NCBI GenBank assembly: GCA_028700625.1
Contig: JAQVSI010000001.1
Span: 7,570 to 71,569, forward strand
Source: Candidatus Shapirobacteria bacterium
Lineage (GTDB): Bacteria > Patescibacteriota > Microgenomatia > UBA12405
DNA length: 64,000 nucleotides
Reading direction: 5' to 3'
Shown here: positions 17,545-27,926 of the stretch, piece after piece
How the letters are laid out: every line of letters begins with the position of its first letter
How positions within the stretch are numbered: position 1 is the first letter of the stretch
Notes under the pieces: generated by a model
What the model was told of the DNA's origin: nothing
Database searches by the model: none
Seen by the model: the letters and a program-made list of their open reading frames with translations, nothing else
Translations under genes and position numbers: made by a program

Positions 17545-19876
17545 ACAATCTCGCCCTTTTTCCTATTTCCGCTTCCACCAATTCTCTTGGTCGGCCATAT
17601 TTCAATGATGATAATTTCTTAATCATCTCGGCTTTTTTAGGATCGCCTGCTTTAAGTCTTTCTGCTGCTGCCACTTTTAATGAAAATGGCTGTTTAGGAA
17701 CTCCATTAATCATAGTTTTCATATATATTTCTCCCGTTCCTAAATTCAATAGATCATGTTCTCCAAATTCTGGTTGAAATTGTTTAGCCAAAAATCCAGC
17801 ATCGGAAATACCAAGTCTAAAACTACTTATAGTACCAACGTTTCCAAACACAGCGTTTTTAACTTCATCGTCCATCTGAGAAATAAATTGATTAGCAACT
17901 GTTAAATTTAAGTGATATTTTCTGGCTTCAGATAAAATAACAGCAAAGTCTTGAGTAGCAAAATTTTGAAACTCATCCACGTATAGATAAAAATCTTTTC
18001 TCAATGCCTCTGGAGTATCTTGTCGGCTCATAGCGGCAATTAAAATCTTAGGAATCAACACTAATCCTAAAAATGCTGAATTTTCTTCTCCAATTGTTCC
18101 TTTAGCTAAATTAATTATCAAAATTTTTCCATCATCCATCGCTTGTCTAAAATTAAAAGAAGAAGTGCTTTGGCCAATAATATTTCTCATCATAGTGTTG
18201 GTAATAAAGCGTCCAAATTTAGACACTATATAATCCAAAACTTCTGATTTGTGGAAATCACTAGTTTGGGCAATTTGATCAGTCCAATAACGTCTCACCA
18301 TTGGATCAGTTAATTTTGGTAATAATTCTTGAACATAATTTTGATCAGTTAAACAACGGACTATTTCAATAAAAGTTGCCCCAGGCTCAATCATAACTGT
18401 TAACATTATATTTCTAATTGCGTGTTCAAATCGAGGTCCCACAATACCAGTTTTATATGGATCATAAAGTTTATACATCAAATTGATAATAGAACTTGTT
18501 ACAAAATCTTTTTGATCTTCTCGGTCACATTCCATCACATTAAAACCCATTGGTCTTTCTGTTTGAGATGGATCAAAATAGATAACATCATCAATTCTCT
18601 CTGGAGGAATTCTTTCCAAAATACTTTCATAAGTATCGTGTGGATCAATAAAACAAACTCCATGACCAGCCTTAATATCTTGAAGTGCCATGTCTGCTAA
18701 AAGCCAAGATTTACCCACACCAGTTTGTCCCACAATATAAAAATGTCGTTGCCTATCATTTGTTGTCATACAAAATTTTTTATTAACTCCGCGATACAGA
18801 TTGTCACCAACATAAAGTCCCTCTTGAGGGGAATCAGTTGGAGCCGGTGCTTTTTTGGCCTTTAACCAATAAATATTTGGAGTTTCAATCGATTTATTTG
18901 GAAAATGGAAGATGCCAGCAATTTCATCTGAAGATAAAACAGTCTTATTTTTAATCCACATTAACACAGGATATTTATAGATGAAATCAGCCATAAACAT
19001 CGATTTGACCATTATTTTTTTGCTAGTAAGCTTATTCCAGGGCGATTCAAATTGGCCAAAACATGCCTTAATATTGGAAATATTCATCTTAGCTATTTCT
19101 TTGCTTGGTGCCACTGCTAGAATTCTTATCACCACTTCAAAACTAGGTTTACTACTTTTTTGTTCAATTGCTTCCAATTGTTTAGCATCGATTTTGTAAG
19201 AAGCCTTTTCGGAATTAGATTCTGATTTTTTAGTACTACTAATAAAACCTCGACCCATTTTTGCCCACTTACCTTCAGTCGGTGATAAAACTAGTTGGAT
19301 TGAAATTGTTTCATTTTCGTTTAATTTAGACAAAGTTGAAGTTACTGCAGCTAAAGGATCAACCGAAATTTCTTTGTAGTTTTTTAAAGGATAATAGGGG
19401 ATTTTTTTTAAAGCCAACCATAAGTATTCTACTTTACCATCGTTAGTATAGATATTTGGTTCTTCAACCACCTTAACATCAGCTCCAGCATAAACACTGT
19501 AAATTTGTTTTTCGATTAAATCTTGATATTTTTCTGGAATTGAAATATAGAACTTAATATCATCATGAGTTCCAATAATTTCCAAAGATACACTTGGTTG
19601 AGAAATTAATGGTTGCAAAAATTTTAATTTTGCCGATTTATGTAGGCTGGAAATTGAATTAATTATTTGTTCACTAGCATCAATTTTTATCTCATTATCT
19701 TGTGGCACTGCTATCAATAAAGTTATCAACTTTAAAGACTTTTCTTCTCTATCTCTCCACTTCCACCACATTAAAACTGCCAAACTTAAAAATCCTAAAA
19801 GCAAGACAATTAATACTATTATTAGTAGTGACATCAAAAACGCAGTTATTTGTTCAACTATCAAACTTTGATTCAT
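17543..19876 (-). CDS. DUF87/TraD-VirD4-like membrane-anchored AAA ATPase
   Basis: HFYIVGQTGVGKS Walker A, FIDPH, LYVDEFQNF, LSEARKY, ANQ, GNVGT. Confidence 0.88.
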   Translation of the reverse strand: MNQSLIVEQITAFLMSLLIIVLIVLLLGFLSLAVLMWWKWRDREEKSLKLITLLIAVPQDNEIKIDASEQIINSISSLHKSAKLKFLQPLISQPSVSLEIIGTHDDIKFYISIPEKYQDLIEKQIYSVYAGADVKVVEEPNIYTNDGKVEYLWLALKKIPYYPLKNYKEISVDPLAAVTSTLSKLNENETISIQLVLSPTEGKWAKMGRGFISSTKKSESNSEKASYKIDAKQLEAIEQKSSKPSFEVVIRILAVAPSKEIAKMNISNIKACFGQFESPWNKLTSKKIMVKSMFMADFIYKYPVLMWIKNKTVLSSDEIAGIFHFPNKSIETPNIYWLKAKKAPAPTDSPQEGLYVGDNLYRGVNKKFCMTTNDRQRHFYIVGQTGVGKSWLLADMALQDIKAGHGVCFIDPHDTYESILERIPPERIDDVIYFDPSQTERPMGFNVMECDREDQKDFVTSSIINLMYKLYDPYKTGIVGPRFEHAIRNIMLTVMIEPGATFIEIVRCLTDQNYVQELLPKLTDPMVRRYWTDQIAQTSDFHKSEVLDYIVSKFGRFITNTMMRNIIGQSTSSFNFRQAMDDGKILIINLAKGTIGEENSAFLGLVLIPKILIAAMSRQDTPEALRKDFYLYVDEFQNFATQDFAVILSEARKYHLNLTVANQFISQMDDEVKNAVFGNVGTISSFRLGISDAGFLAKQFQPEFGEHDLLNLGTGEIYMKTMINGVPKQPFSLKVAAAERLKAGDPKKAEMIKKLSSLKYGRPRELVEAEIGKRARL

Positions 19877-20250
19877 TCCTCATTAAATTTTACATTACCT
19901 TTGTTCTTTTTAATTAATCTAAACACAAACTCAGATAACCATCTTCCTGCATCGCCAACAGTTTTATTGAAACCTTCCGAAAAAACTTTCTTATTTGTTG
20001 GAAGAGATACTTTAACAACTGCTGGGGCAATTGTTTGTAAAACCGAATCATCATCTCCTTTAATTTGGTTTTGGCCACTTATGGCTGGATCTTGTTCCAC
20101 TTTTTCCATCCAACTTTGCACCTCTCTAGGAATAATTACATCTTTTTTTAAATCAATTAAAACCTCTGTTGGTTTTTCATTTTGTCTTCCAAGTTGTTCA
20201 CTATTTTGTTCATTTTGATCGTCTACTAATCTTTCTTTAATTTCAGCCAT
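19873..20250 (-). CDS. Hypothetical protein coupled to the ATPase gene
   Basis: 125 aa ORF overlapping the ATPase start by 4 nt. Confidence 0.7.
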   Translation of the reverse strand: MAEIKERLVDDQNEQNSEQLGRQNEKPTEVLIDLKKDVIIPREVQSWMEKVEQDPAISGQNQIKGDDDSVLQTIAPAVVKVSLPTNKKVFSEGFNKTVGDAGRWLSEFVFRLIKKNKGNVKFNEE

Positions 20251-20285
20251 GTATACAGTATAAGTTAGAAGGTATAATTAACACA

Positions 20286-21488
20286 ATGGTTGAAAATGAA
20301 TCCAGCTTTTCTAAAATCCGAAAAATAGATAACAGTCGTCAATGGTTGCCTTTTTGGACTACTCTTTTGCTCGTTTTTTTGATTGTGCTTGTTGTTTGGT
20401 TTTTTAAAGGAGGCAGCTTTAAATTATATGCCAGTGTCTTTTTCTTTATTTACTCTTTAACAAACAAGATCTGGATTTCTGTTATTTTAATGGGTGTTCT
20501 TCAAAATGTTTTTTTTATGCCTTTGCGTCTTATTGGTAATTCTTTTGATAAATCTCTAAAAGAGTTTGAAGATGAGTTGGATAAAATAGACAGACAAGAC
20601 AATCAGTCTTTAGTTTTTAGTAAAAAAATTAAAGAGGGAAGTCTTTCTCTTGTTTTTTATATTTTCAATTTCTTTGTTAATGCAATTGCTTTCTTTTCTG
20701 CTGGACGTATATTTTTAATCGATTTTTATTCAGATCCTCTCAAGTTACAAAAGATGAAACTCCTTTACGATTGGGTTCCTTATCCAAAATATCCACTAAA
20801 TGGCATAAATTTCCATGTTCCGCTTTTAAGAGTCACTGAAACTATGGCTCTGGATTGGTCTAGAATTTTTACTTTTGTGGGTATCACTGTTTTATTTTTT
20901 GTTGTTCTCCGTCTTTTATGGAGAATCCTTCGTATTTTTCTTGGTCGAAATAAAAAAGTTCTTTTTGCCCGCATCAAATATAATCGTTTACTTTTTACTA
21001 TTAGTGGTTTTGGTGGTGTTGCTTTAATTTTAATGGTTATCTTTTTGCGTCACATCCCAACAGCATTCCAATCGTTTGTTTTCATTGCGAATCTAAGTCG
21101 TCAAAACACTCCTATGAATTTTGTTACCGCTGTTGGCACTTTTATAGTAACCATGCATGCTGGTTATAAAAACAACATAGAAGCATCTAAAAAAGCCGAA
21201 CTTTCCAATATTCCACCCGAAATTATTAAAAAAGTTTTCAAAAATAAAATGAAACAGAGCCTTAAAAATGCCACTGTGCTTGGTCTTGGAGCCTTCTTTA
21301 TTACCAATCAAATTCCTTCTGCTTTTGAATTGTCAGTTACCACTTTTGAAGTGATGTATCTTATTTATCCCTACACTTTCGGTCTAATTATTAAAAAAAG
21401 TGGTCAATTAACTCCACCCAAATCTACTGAAGATATTCACCCTTCTCCACCTCAAAATGAGTTAATCATTGCTGAAAAAATATCATGA
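20286..21488 (+). CDS. Polytopic membrane protein, possibly a divergent YidC/Oxa1
   Basis: Multiple TMs; WISVILMG..PLR followed by a coiled segment resembling YidC TM1/C1. Confidence 0.5.
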   Translation: MVENESSFSKIRKIDNSRQWLPFWTTLLLVFLIVLVVWFFKGGSFKLYASVFFFIYSLTNKIWISVILMGVLQNVFFMPLRLIGNSFDKSLKEFEDELDKIDRQDNQSLVFSKKIKEGSLSLVFYIFNFFVNAIAFFSAGRIFLIDFYSDPLKLQKMKLLYDWVPYPKYPLNGINFHVPLLRVTETMALDWSRIFTFVGITVLFFVVLRLLWRILRIFLGRNKKVLFARIKYNRLLFTISGFGGVALILMVIFLRHIPTAFQSFVFIANLSRQNTPMNFVTAVGTFIVTMHAGYKNNIEASKKAELSNIPPEIIKKVFKNKMKQSLKNATVLGLGAFFITNQIPSAFELSVTTFEVMYLIYPYTFGLIIKKSGQLTPPKSTEDIHPSPPQNELIIAEKIS

Positions 21489-22555
21489 TAAAAATTGATG
21501 CAGTTGAGGTTTTAGATAGATATAAAAATATTTTATGGCCAGAAATTGAAAAGCACCTAGATCTTATTAAAAATTATCCTACTTTTTGTCAAATAAAGCC
21601 GGGATATCAACCACTTTTAGATTTTCATTTCAAAATGGTTTCCGATTATCCCAAAAGAAAGGGAAAATATCTTCGTCCTACTCTTTTGATGTTAACCGCC
21701 CAATCTCTTGGTGTTGATCTAAAAAATACTCTCCTTACTGCCGAGTCTATGCAAATTTCCGAAGACTGGATTCTTAATCATGATGACATTGAAGATCAAT
21801 CAGAACAGCGTCGTGGCCAGCCGGCTCTTCAAAAAATTTATGGCAATGAATTGGCTCTCAATGCCGGTGATGCTCTTCATCTTTTAATGTGGCAGGTTTT
21901 GGCAAAAAATTATTTGATTTTGGATAAAAATATAGCTCAAAAAATCGAAGACGAATTTTTTACCATGATCAACCGCACTATTCTTGGTCAAACCATTGAA
22001 ATCAAATGGACTCAAGAAAATCGTTTCGATCTAACAGAAGAAGATATTTTGTTAATTTTAGAAAGTAAGACTGGTTATTACACCATTGCCGGTCCAATGA
22101 GATTAGGTGCAATTTTAGCCAGTGCCAACGAATTTCAATTAGAATCAATTTATCGTTTTGGAGTTCTGCTTGGTCGTTCCTTTCAAATAGTCGACGATCT
22201 TTTAGATTTAACTTCCAATTTTGCTGGTCAAAAAAAGCAAAAAGGCAATGATATCTACGAAGGCAAACGAACAATTATGCTAATTCATCTATTAAATAAT
22301 GCCTCACCAGAAGATTTATCAAAATTAAAAGAAATTTTAAATAAAGCCGGGACAAAAAAATCTCCAGAAGAAGTCGCTTGGGTAATTCGAAAAATGGAAG
22401 AATATAAAAGTCTCGATCATGGTCGGGAATTAGTCAAACAGTTTGCCACCGAAGCCAATATTATTTTCGACCAAGAATTAACTTTTTTCAACAAAGAACC
22501 ATTCAATTCTGAATTAAAACTAATTTTTGATTTTATAATAACCAGAGATCACTAA
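21485..22555 (+). CDS. Polyprenyl diphosphate synthase
   Basis: GKYLRP, HDDIED..RRG, KTG, FQIVDDLLD. Confidence 0.93.
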   Translation: MIKIDAVEVLDRYKNILWPEIEKHLDLIKNYPTFCQIKPGYQPLLDFHFKMVSDYPKRKGKYLRPTLLMLTAQSLGVDLKNTLLTAESMQISEDWILNHDDIEDQSEQRRGQPALQKIYGNELALNAGDALHLLMWQVLAKNYLILDKNIAQKIEDEFFTMINRTILGQTIEIKWTQENRFDLTEEDILLILESKTGYYTIAGPMRLGAILASANEFQLESIYRFGVLLGRSFQIVDDLLDLTSNFAGQKKQKGNDIYEGKRTIMLIHLLNNASPEDLSKLKEILNKAGTKKSPEEVAWVIRKMEEYKSLDHGRELVKQFATEANIIFDQELTFFNKEPFNSELKLIFDFIITRDH

Positions 22556-22559
22556 ATTA

Positions 22560-22602
22560 GCCCTCTTTGTCAAGGGAGGGTGCCCGCAGAGTGGGTGGGT
22601 TT
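22560..22602 (+). repeat. Double-hairpin element, copy 6 (before the dnaG promoter)
   Basis: gccctctttgtcaagggagggtgcccgcagagtgggtgggttt; near-identical to copy 5. Confidence 0.85.
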
Positions 22603-22618
22603 AAGGTATAATAAGCCA

Positions 22619-24412
22619 GTGGACAATCAAGTAGACGAAATTAAACAAAAACTCAACATTGTCGATGTAATTAATCGCTATGTTCCTCTAAAAAAGCGAG
22701 GTCGTCATCATGTGGCTTGTTGCCCTTTTCATGGCGAAAAAACTCCCTCATTTACAGTCTCAGAAGAAATGCAGATTTTTAAATGTTTTGGTTGTGGTAA
22801 AGCTGGTGATATTTTTACTTTTTTAGAAGAATATGAAAAAATTGATTTTAGAGAAGCGTTGGAAGAATTAGCCAAATTAGCCGGGGTTACTTTAGTTAAA
22901 AGTAGTTTTATTGATCACCAAGAATCCAAGAAGAAATTATTAATCGAAATTAATACTCAAGTTGCCAAATTTTACAACTACATTCTTTTGTCCCATCCCA
23001 TGGGCAAAGAAGCATTAGAATATACCACCAAAAGGGGAATAACCCTAGAAACCATTAAAACTTTTAACATCGGTTTTTCTCCCGACGATTCAAAATATTT
23101 AAGCAATTTCATTTTAAAAAAAGGCTACAAAATTGATGATTTAATTTCTACAGGTACTTTTGGTAAAAGTAATTATGGACCTGGTCTTTATGATCGTTTT
23201 CAAGGTCGTCTAGTTTTTCCTCTTCCAGATTATCGTGGTCATATTGTTGCTTTTGCTGGTCGTATTTTGCCATCAACCAAAAATCCCAACATGGCTAAAT
23301 ACATTAACTCTCCAGAAACTGAAATCTATCACAAAAGCAGTATGCTTTTCGGTTTAAATTTGGCCAAAGAAGCCATTAGAGCTGAAAATTCAGTTATTGT
23401 GGTTGAAGGTGAATTCGATATGATTTCTCCTTATCAATCTGGTTTCAAAAATATAGTTGCTCTGAAAGGCACTGCTTTTACCCAAGATCAACTTCAACTT
23501 CTCCGTCGTTACACCGACACTATTATTCTTGCTCTCGATTCCGATTTTGCTGGCAATAATGCCGCCAGAAAAAGTATCGAACTTGCCGATTCTATGGAAT
23601 TTGATATTAAAGTTTTAAATTTAGGCGATAAATATAAAGATCCAGACGAAGCCATCAAAGACGATCCAGAATTTTTTAAATCACAACTCCTCAAAACCAC
23701 TGATGTTTGGGATTTCATTATTCAGTCTCAATTAAAAAGTAATGATATTAATACTGTCAAAGGCAAAAGAGAAATTTTGAATGTGACTCTTCCTTTTTTA
23801 GTTAAAATAAAAAGTCCTGTCACTAAATCAGATTATTTCAAAAAATTGGCCAATGAAATTAATTCCAACATTGAATCTGTCTATGAAGAATCCCAAAAAT
23901 TTTTACTTTCACCCGTCCGAAGCTTTAACGTAGGAGGGCCAAAACCAGTTGAGCCAGTCGAAGAATCTGAAAGCAAAACCGAAAAATTAGAAGAACTTTT
24001 ATTATCTTTAATTATTGGTGCCAAAAATCCTTCCAAATTGGCCCTAAAACTAAAAAAATATCTCGACCAGCTTACTGTTCCTCGTTTTAAAACTATCGCT
24101 AATTATCTTCTGGAAAAAGAAAATTTTTCTTTAAAAGAAATAATGGATTCTCTTCCCGCTGAAATCCAACCTCTTTTCCAAGAAATTTATTTTGAATCAG
24201 AAAAAAACCAGATCGATTCCAAAGATCGTCTATCAGAAATCAAAAAAGCTACTTCCAAAATATCTTCAATTTTATTGAAAAAGAGGTTAAATCAGCTTAG
24301 TAATCAAATAAGTAAATTAGAATCAGAAGAAGATGAAGAGCTTCTAAAACAAGTCGAAGTGGAATACAAACAAGTCCTAGAAAAACTCCATCAACTCCAA
24401 ATTAATAAATAA
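22619..24412 (+). CDS. dnaG: DNA primase
   Basis: CPFH..KTPSF, CFGC, KYINSPET, VEGEFD, DSDFAG, KDPDE; GTG start 6 nt after TATAAT. Confidence 0.96.
   Translation: MDNQVDEIKQKLNIVDVINRYVPLKKRGRHHVACCPFHGEKTPSFTVSEEMQIFKCFGCGKAGDIFTFLEEYEKIDFREALEELAKLAGVTLVKSSFIDHQESKKKLLIEINTQVAKFYNYILLSHPMGKEALEYTTKRGITLETIKTFNIGFSPDDSKYLSNFILKKGYKIDDLISTGTFGKSNYGPGLYDRFQGRLVFPLPDYRGHIVAFAGRILPSTKNPNMAKYINSPETEIYHKSSMLFGLNLAKEAIRAENSVIVVEGEFDMISPYQSGFKNIVALKGTAFTQDQLQLLRRYTDTIILALDSDFAGNNAARKSIELADSMEFDIKVLNLGDKYKDPDEAIKDDPEFFKSQLLKTTDVWDFIIQSQLKSNDINTVKGKREILNVTLPFLVKIKSPVTKSDYFKKLANEINSNIESVYEESQKFLLSPVRSFNVGGPKPVEPVEESESKTEKLEELLLSLIIGAKNPSKLALKLKKYLDQLTVPRFKTIANYLLEKENFSLKEIMDSLPAEIQPLFQEIYFESEKNQIDSKDRLSEIKKATSKISSILLKKRLNQLSNQISKLESEEDEELLKQVEVEYKQVLEKLHQLQINK
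23912..23938 (+). repeat. Small palindromic element in frame in the dnaG linker (second family)
   Basis: cccgtccgaagctttaacgtaggaggg; encodes PVRSFNVGG. Confidence 0.5.
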
Positions 24413-24413
24413 T

Positions 24414-24453
24414 TCCCATCCTTTTGTCAAAGGAGGGGTTAGGGGTAGATTTT
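24414..24453 (+). repeat. Double-hairpin element, copy 7 (short variant between dnaG and rpoD)
   Basis: tcccatccttt-tgtc-aaaggagggg ttaggggtagatttt. Confidence 0.75.
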
Positions 24454-24481
24454 AAAAGAATTTTCCTATACAATATACCGC

Positions 24482-25567
24482 ATGGCAGCCACGTTAAACA
24501 TATCCAAAGTCAAACAAACGTTACTTGCTCAAGCAAAGAAGCTTCATTATCTTACCAATGATGAAATTTTAAGTCAAATTCCCGAACCAGAAAAATATCT
24601 TCAAGAAGTAGACGATGTTTTTGATTATCTTTTTGAACATGGTATTGATGTTTTTGATCGAGTTGAATCTAAAGAAGTCCTAGAAATTGAAAAAGAAAAA
24701 AATAATTCTGCCGATCTTTTAAGTCTTTTGTCTCAAAAAGTAAACATGGATTCGGTCAGAATGTATCTAAAAGAGATTGGTAAAATTAACCTTTTAACTT
24801 TTCCAGAAGAAGTCGACTTAGCTCAACAAATTGAAAAAGGTTCTGCTTCTGCTCGTGAAAAATTAATTAATGCTAATTTAAGATTAGTTGTTTCTATCGC
24901 CAAAAAATATATTGGTCGTGGTCTAACTTTTTTAGATTTAGTTCAAGAAGGAAATCAAGGTCTTATGCGCGCTGTCGAAAAATTCGATTGGCACCGCGGT
25001 TTTAAATTTTCTACTTATGCCACTTGGTGGATTCGCCAAGCCATCACTCGTGCTATTGCCGATCAAGCCAAAACCATTCGTATTCCAGTTCATATGGTTG
25101 AAACTATCAATAAAGTTTATAAAGCCACTCGCGCCTTAACCCAAAGATTAGGCCATGAACCAGAAATTGAACAAATTGCCGAAGAAGTTGGTATAACTAT
25201 TGAAAAAGTTGAAGAAATTTATCGTATTTCTCAAGATACCACCTCTCTTTCCACTCCAGTTGGTGATGATGAAGATTCGTTTTTAGGCGATTTTATAGAA
25301 GACACCACTCAAATGTCTCCTTATGAAGAAACTAGTAAAGATTTATTAAGAGAATCAATCGAAGAAGTTTTAGGATCCTTAGATGAAAGAGAAACCAAAG
25401 TTCTGTCTCTTCGTTTTGGTCTAATGGGGGAGACTCCAAAAACTCTTGAAGAAGTCGGCAAAATTTTTAATGTCACTCGTGAGCGTATTCGCCAAATCGA
25501 AGCCAAAGCATTAAGAAAATTAAGACATCCAAGTCGTCGCAAGAAACTCCAAGATTATTTAGAATAA
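24482..25567 (+). CDS. rpoD: RNA polymerase primary sigma factor
   Basis: [46 protein letters not shown]. Confidence 0.98.
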   Translation: MAATLNISKVKQTLLAQAKKLHYLTNDEILSQIPEPEKYLQEVDDVFDYLFEHGIDVFDRVESKEVLEIEKEKNNSADLLSLLSQKVNMDSVRMYLKEIGKINLLTFPEEVDLAQQIEKGSASAREKLINANLRLVVSIAKKYIGRGLTFLDLVQEGNQGLMRAVEKFDWHRGFKFSTYATWWIRQAITRAIADQAKTIRIPVHMVETINKVYKATRALTQRLGHEPEIEQIAEEVGITIEKVEEIYRISQDTTSLSTPVGDDEDSFLGDFIEDTTQMSPYEETSKDLLRESIEEVLGSLDERETKVLSLRFGLMGETPKTLEEVGKIFNVTRERIRQIEAKALRKLRHPSRRKKLQDYLE

Positions 25568-25571
25568 AAAA

Positions 25572-26117
25572 TCAGACTTTTTCTGTTTCTATTTCAAATT
25601 CCATTATTTCGGCATTATTTACTTCAATTTCATCAATACTTTTTCCGGTTAATTTATTTATCATCATTCTTATTGATCCATCATGAGCTATCACTAATAT
25701 TGTTGAATTTTCGTTTTCCAATTTCAAATCCTCCAAAAACAAATCAGTTCTTTTTTTTAGTTCAACCCAACTTTCAACTCCCATTTCGTCATTTATTTTA
25801 TTATCTTGATCCAATTCCTCAAGATCAATTAATTGCATTTCCATTCCCTTATATTCTCCTAAATCTCTTTCTTCTAATAATTTACACATAAATACAGGTC
25901 CTTCAATCGGATATTCAACCAAAATAGATTCTAGGGTCTCCACACATCTTTTTAAAGGTGAGCAAAAAATCATATCGATTTTATATTTTTCTTTCAACTT
26001 TTTTCCAGCTTCTTTTGCTTGTTTAATCCCTTCCTGGGTTAACTTAGTTTCTTCAATTGCCAATTTACGATCACGATTTGCTTCAGACTCACCATGTCTA
26101 ATTAAAATTAATTTCAT
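25572..26117 (-). CDS. Histidine phosphatase family protein
   Basis: LIRHGES, CSPLKR, E..LG, AHDG; start at second Met, 7 nt after TATAAT. Confidence 0.88.
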   Translation of the reverse strand: MKLILIRHGESEANRDRKLAIEETKLTQEGIKQAKEAGKKLKEKYKIDMIFCSPLKRCVETLESILVEYPIEGPVFMCKLLEERDLGEYKGMEMQLIDLEELDQDNKINDEMGVESWVELKKRTDLFLEDLKLENENSTILVIAHDGSIRMMINKLTGKSIDEIEVNNAEIMEFEIETEKV

Positions 26118-26208
26118 GTCAAACATTATACTATATGATTTTCTTTATTTTCTAAATCAATCTCAAATGTTATAATGCCTAGTACATTGATTAATTTTTA
26201 GTTTTTAT

Positions 26209-26236
26209 TTGACATTTGTCATTGGAAATTAGAAAT
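26209..26236 (+). repeat. Degenerate heptamer tandem repeat upstream of tRNA-Asn
   Basis: ttgacat ttgtcat tggaaat tagaaat. Confidence 0.55.
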
Positions 26237-26247
26237 TAATTGTATAT

Positions 26248-26322
26248 TCGCCCTTAGCTCAACGGTAGAGCAATCCGCTGTTAACGGAAAGGTTTTTGGT
26301 TCGAATCCAGAAGGGCGAGCCA
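26248..26322 (+). tRNA. tRNA-Asn(GUU)
   Basis: TCGCCCT/AGGGCGA acceptor, loop CTGTTAA, TTCGAAT, discriminator G plus encoded CCA. Confidence 0.93.
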
Positions 26323-26398
26323 GCTTCAAAACGATAAAAAGTTTGTAATTTTAGGTAAATACTTGTATTTTCATAAATTTGATGTATATTACCGTTAT

Positions 26399-27031
26399 AT
26401 GAACAATAAAGAAAGTATTGATAATATTATTGAGCGTAAAAGACAAGAAATTGAATTTAAAAAACAGACAGATATTCGTCAAAAAGAAGAAAAAGATTTA
26501 GCTGAAAAAGAAAGAGCAAAATTATTAGAAATAAAAAGACAACAAGAATTAACAGAAAGAATTAAAAAAACCAGAGAAAATTTCGCAGGTAGTGGAATAA
26601 TTGAAGCTTTTGAAGAAATTATAGATAAAAAAATCCTTATTCTTGCAAAGTTAGAAATGCATGAAGTAAAAAAGGGGATATTTGGTGGTTTACGTCATAA
26701 TTTCTATGAAAAAGTTATTCCCGCAAAAATACAATATTCATTGAACGAAGTTAGTCTACTTTATAATTATTATTATCAAAGTCATCTAGAGAAAGATAAT
26801 GATGAAAGCTGGATGTCGATAAATATTGAAAAAATAGATAATAATAATTTTAACTTAAAAATTTTCAATGAGAGAGAACATCGAAATGAAAGTATTATTG
26901 GAAATTCAGAGAAAACAATAGACAGAATTGCTGATTATATAGCGAGAAACAAAGGCGAACCGTATAACCTATCTCATAGTGGGTATTCAAGTGAAGGTTT
27001 GATTCATGCTATGGAACGTTTAGGTCAATAA
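26399..27031 (+). CDS. Hypothetical protein with N-terminal coiled coil
   Basis: ORF from ATG 26399; purine-rich codon use unlike neighbouring + strand genes. Confidence 0.6.
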   Translation: MNNKESIDNIIERKRQEIEFKKQTDIRQKEEKDLAEKERAKLLEIKRQQELTERIKKTRENFAGSGIIEAFEEIIDKKILILAKLEMHEVKKGIFGGLRHNFYEKVIPAKIQYSLNEVSLLYNYYYQSHLEKDNDESWMSINIEKIDNNNFNLKIFNEREHRNESIIGNSEKTIDRIADYIARNKGEPYNLSHSGYSSEGLIHAMERLGQ

Positions 27032-27070
27032 AAATTTAATTTCAAACCCCTTCCACTCTTCGAGCCAATT

Positions 27071-27205
27071 AGACGAGAACTTTTTTTAAACCAAAAATCA
27101 GTCAACTTCATTCGATCTGCCGACTATATTTCTACAATCGTTCACCGTGCAAATCCAGAAGACATTGTTGGAGTTTATCTAAATGGAAATTATTTTGAGA
27201 GATGA
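27071..27205 (+). pseudogene. 3' fragment of a gene, possibly an amidohydrolase C-terminus
   Basis: No start codon; reads RRELFLNQKSVNFIRSADYISTIVHRANPEDIVGVYLNGNYFER*. Confidence 0.4.
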
Positions 27206-27786
27206 CTTGTATCATTCCAAAATTTTACTTCAGCTTTATCTTCATCTATTTCTAATAATGATAATGCAGCTCCGTTTGTATGCTCTAATTTAAGTCCAAA
27301 AATAGAATTGAATCTACCAATAAAATGGCCATGTGTAATGATCAGAATATTTTCAAACCCTGATTTTTCAATCATTTTTTTAAAATCTAAAGCCCTTTCT
27401 TTTACATCATTTTCGCTTTCTCCACCTTTACATCTAAAATCGTCTGGGTTTAAACCGCTAGTAGTATTTCTAACGGCATAATATTCAGTTGATGGTTGAC
27501 CTTCAAATTCAAGACGATTTATTTCTCTAATTAAATCAGTAATAACTATTTTTTTAGGATCTACTTTAAAACCACCTTTAAAAATTTGATCCATAGTTTG
27601 TAATGTTCGATAAAGACTACTGCAATAAATAGCATCGATTTTTATATTTTCTTTAACCAACCTCTCACCCAATTTCTTAGCATCTTCCAGCCCCTTATCT
27701 GATAATCCGGTATAAGAAAAGGCAATGTAGCCTTCAGCGTTACTTATCGATTCACCATGTCTAGTAATGTAAACTTTCATCATCAA
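27190..27786 (-). CDS. Histidine phosphatase family protein
   Basis: ITRHGES, CSSLYR, GGESE, THG, WNDTSHL. Confidence 0.88.
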   Translation of the reverse strand: MMMKVYITRHGESISNAEGYIAFSYTGLSDKGLEDAKKLGERLVKENIKIDAIYCSSLYRTLQTMDQIFKGGFKVDPKKIVITDLIREINRLEFEGQPSTEYYAVRNTTSGLNPDDFRCKGGESENDVKERALDFKKMIEKSGFENILIITHGHFIGRFNSIFGLKLEHTNGAALSLLEIDEDKAEVKFWNDTSHLSK

Positions 27787-27926
27787 AATTATAGCATTCT
27801 TAGATTAAAACCTAAATTGACTTTTTCATTCTAGTTCTAAATCCGTTCCACCTCTCGAGCACGAATTAATAATCATAACTCCTCCAATTATTCATAATTG
27901 ATGGAGTTCAACTCCACCAATTAGAC

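Noticed and set aside
16626-20250. Integrative conjugative element or prophage
   Set aside because: No att repeats, relaxase, VirB4 partners or phage genes were seen, and flanking genes are housekeeping.
27902-27919. TGGAG-TTCAA-CTCCA-CCA as a tRNA gene
   Set aside because: It is only a T-arm-like hairpin with no D or anticodon arms; treated as part of the junction relic.
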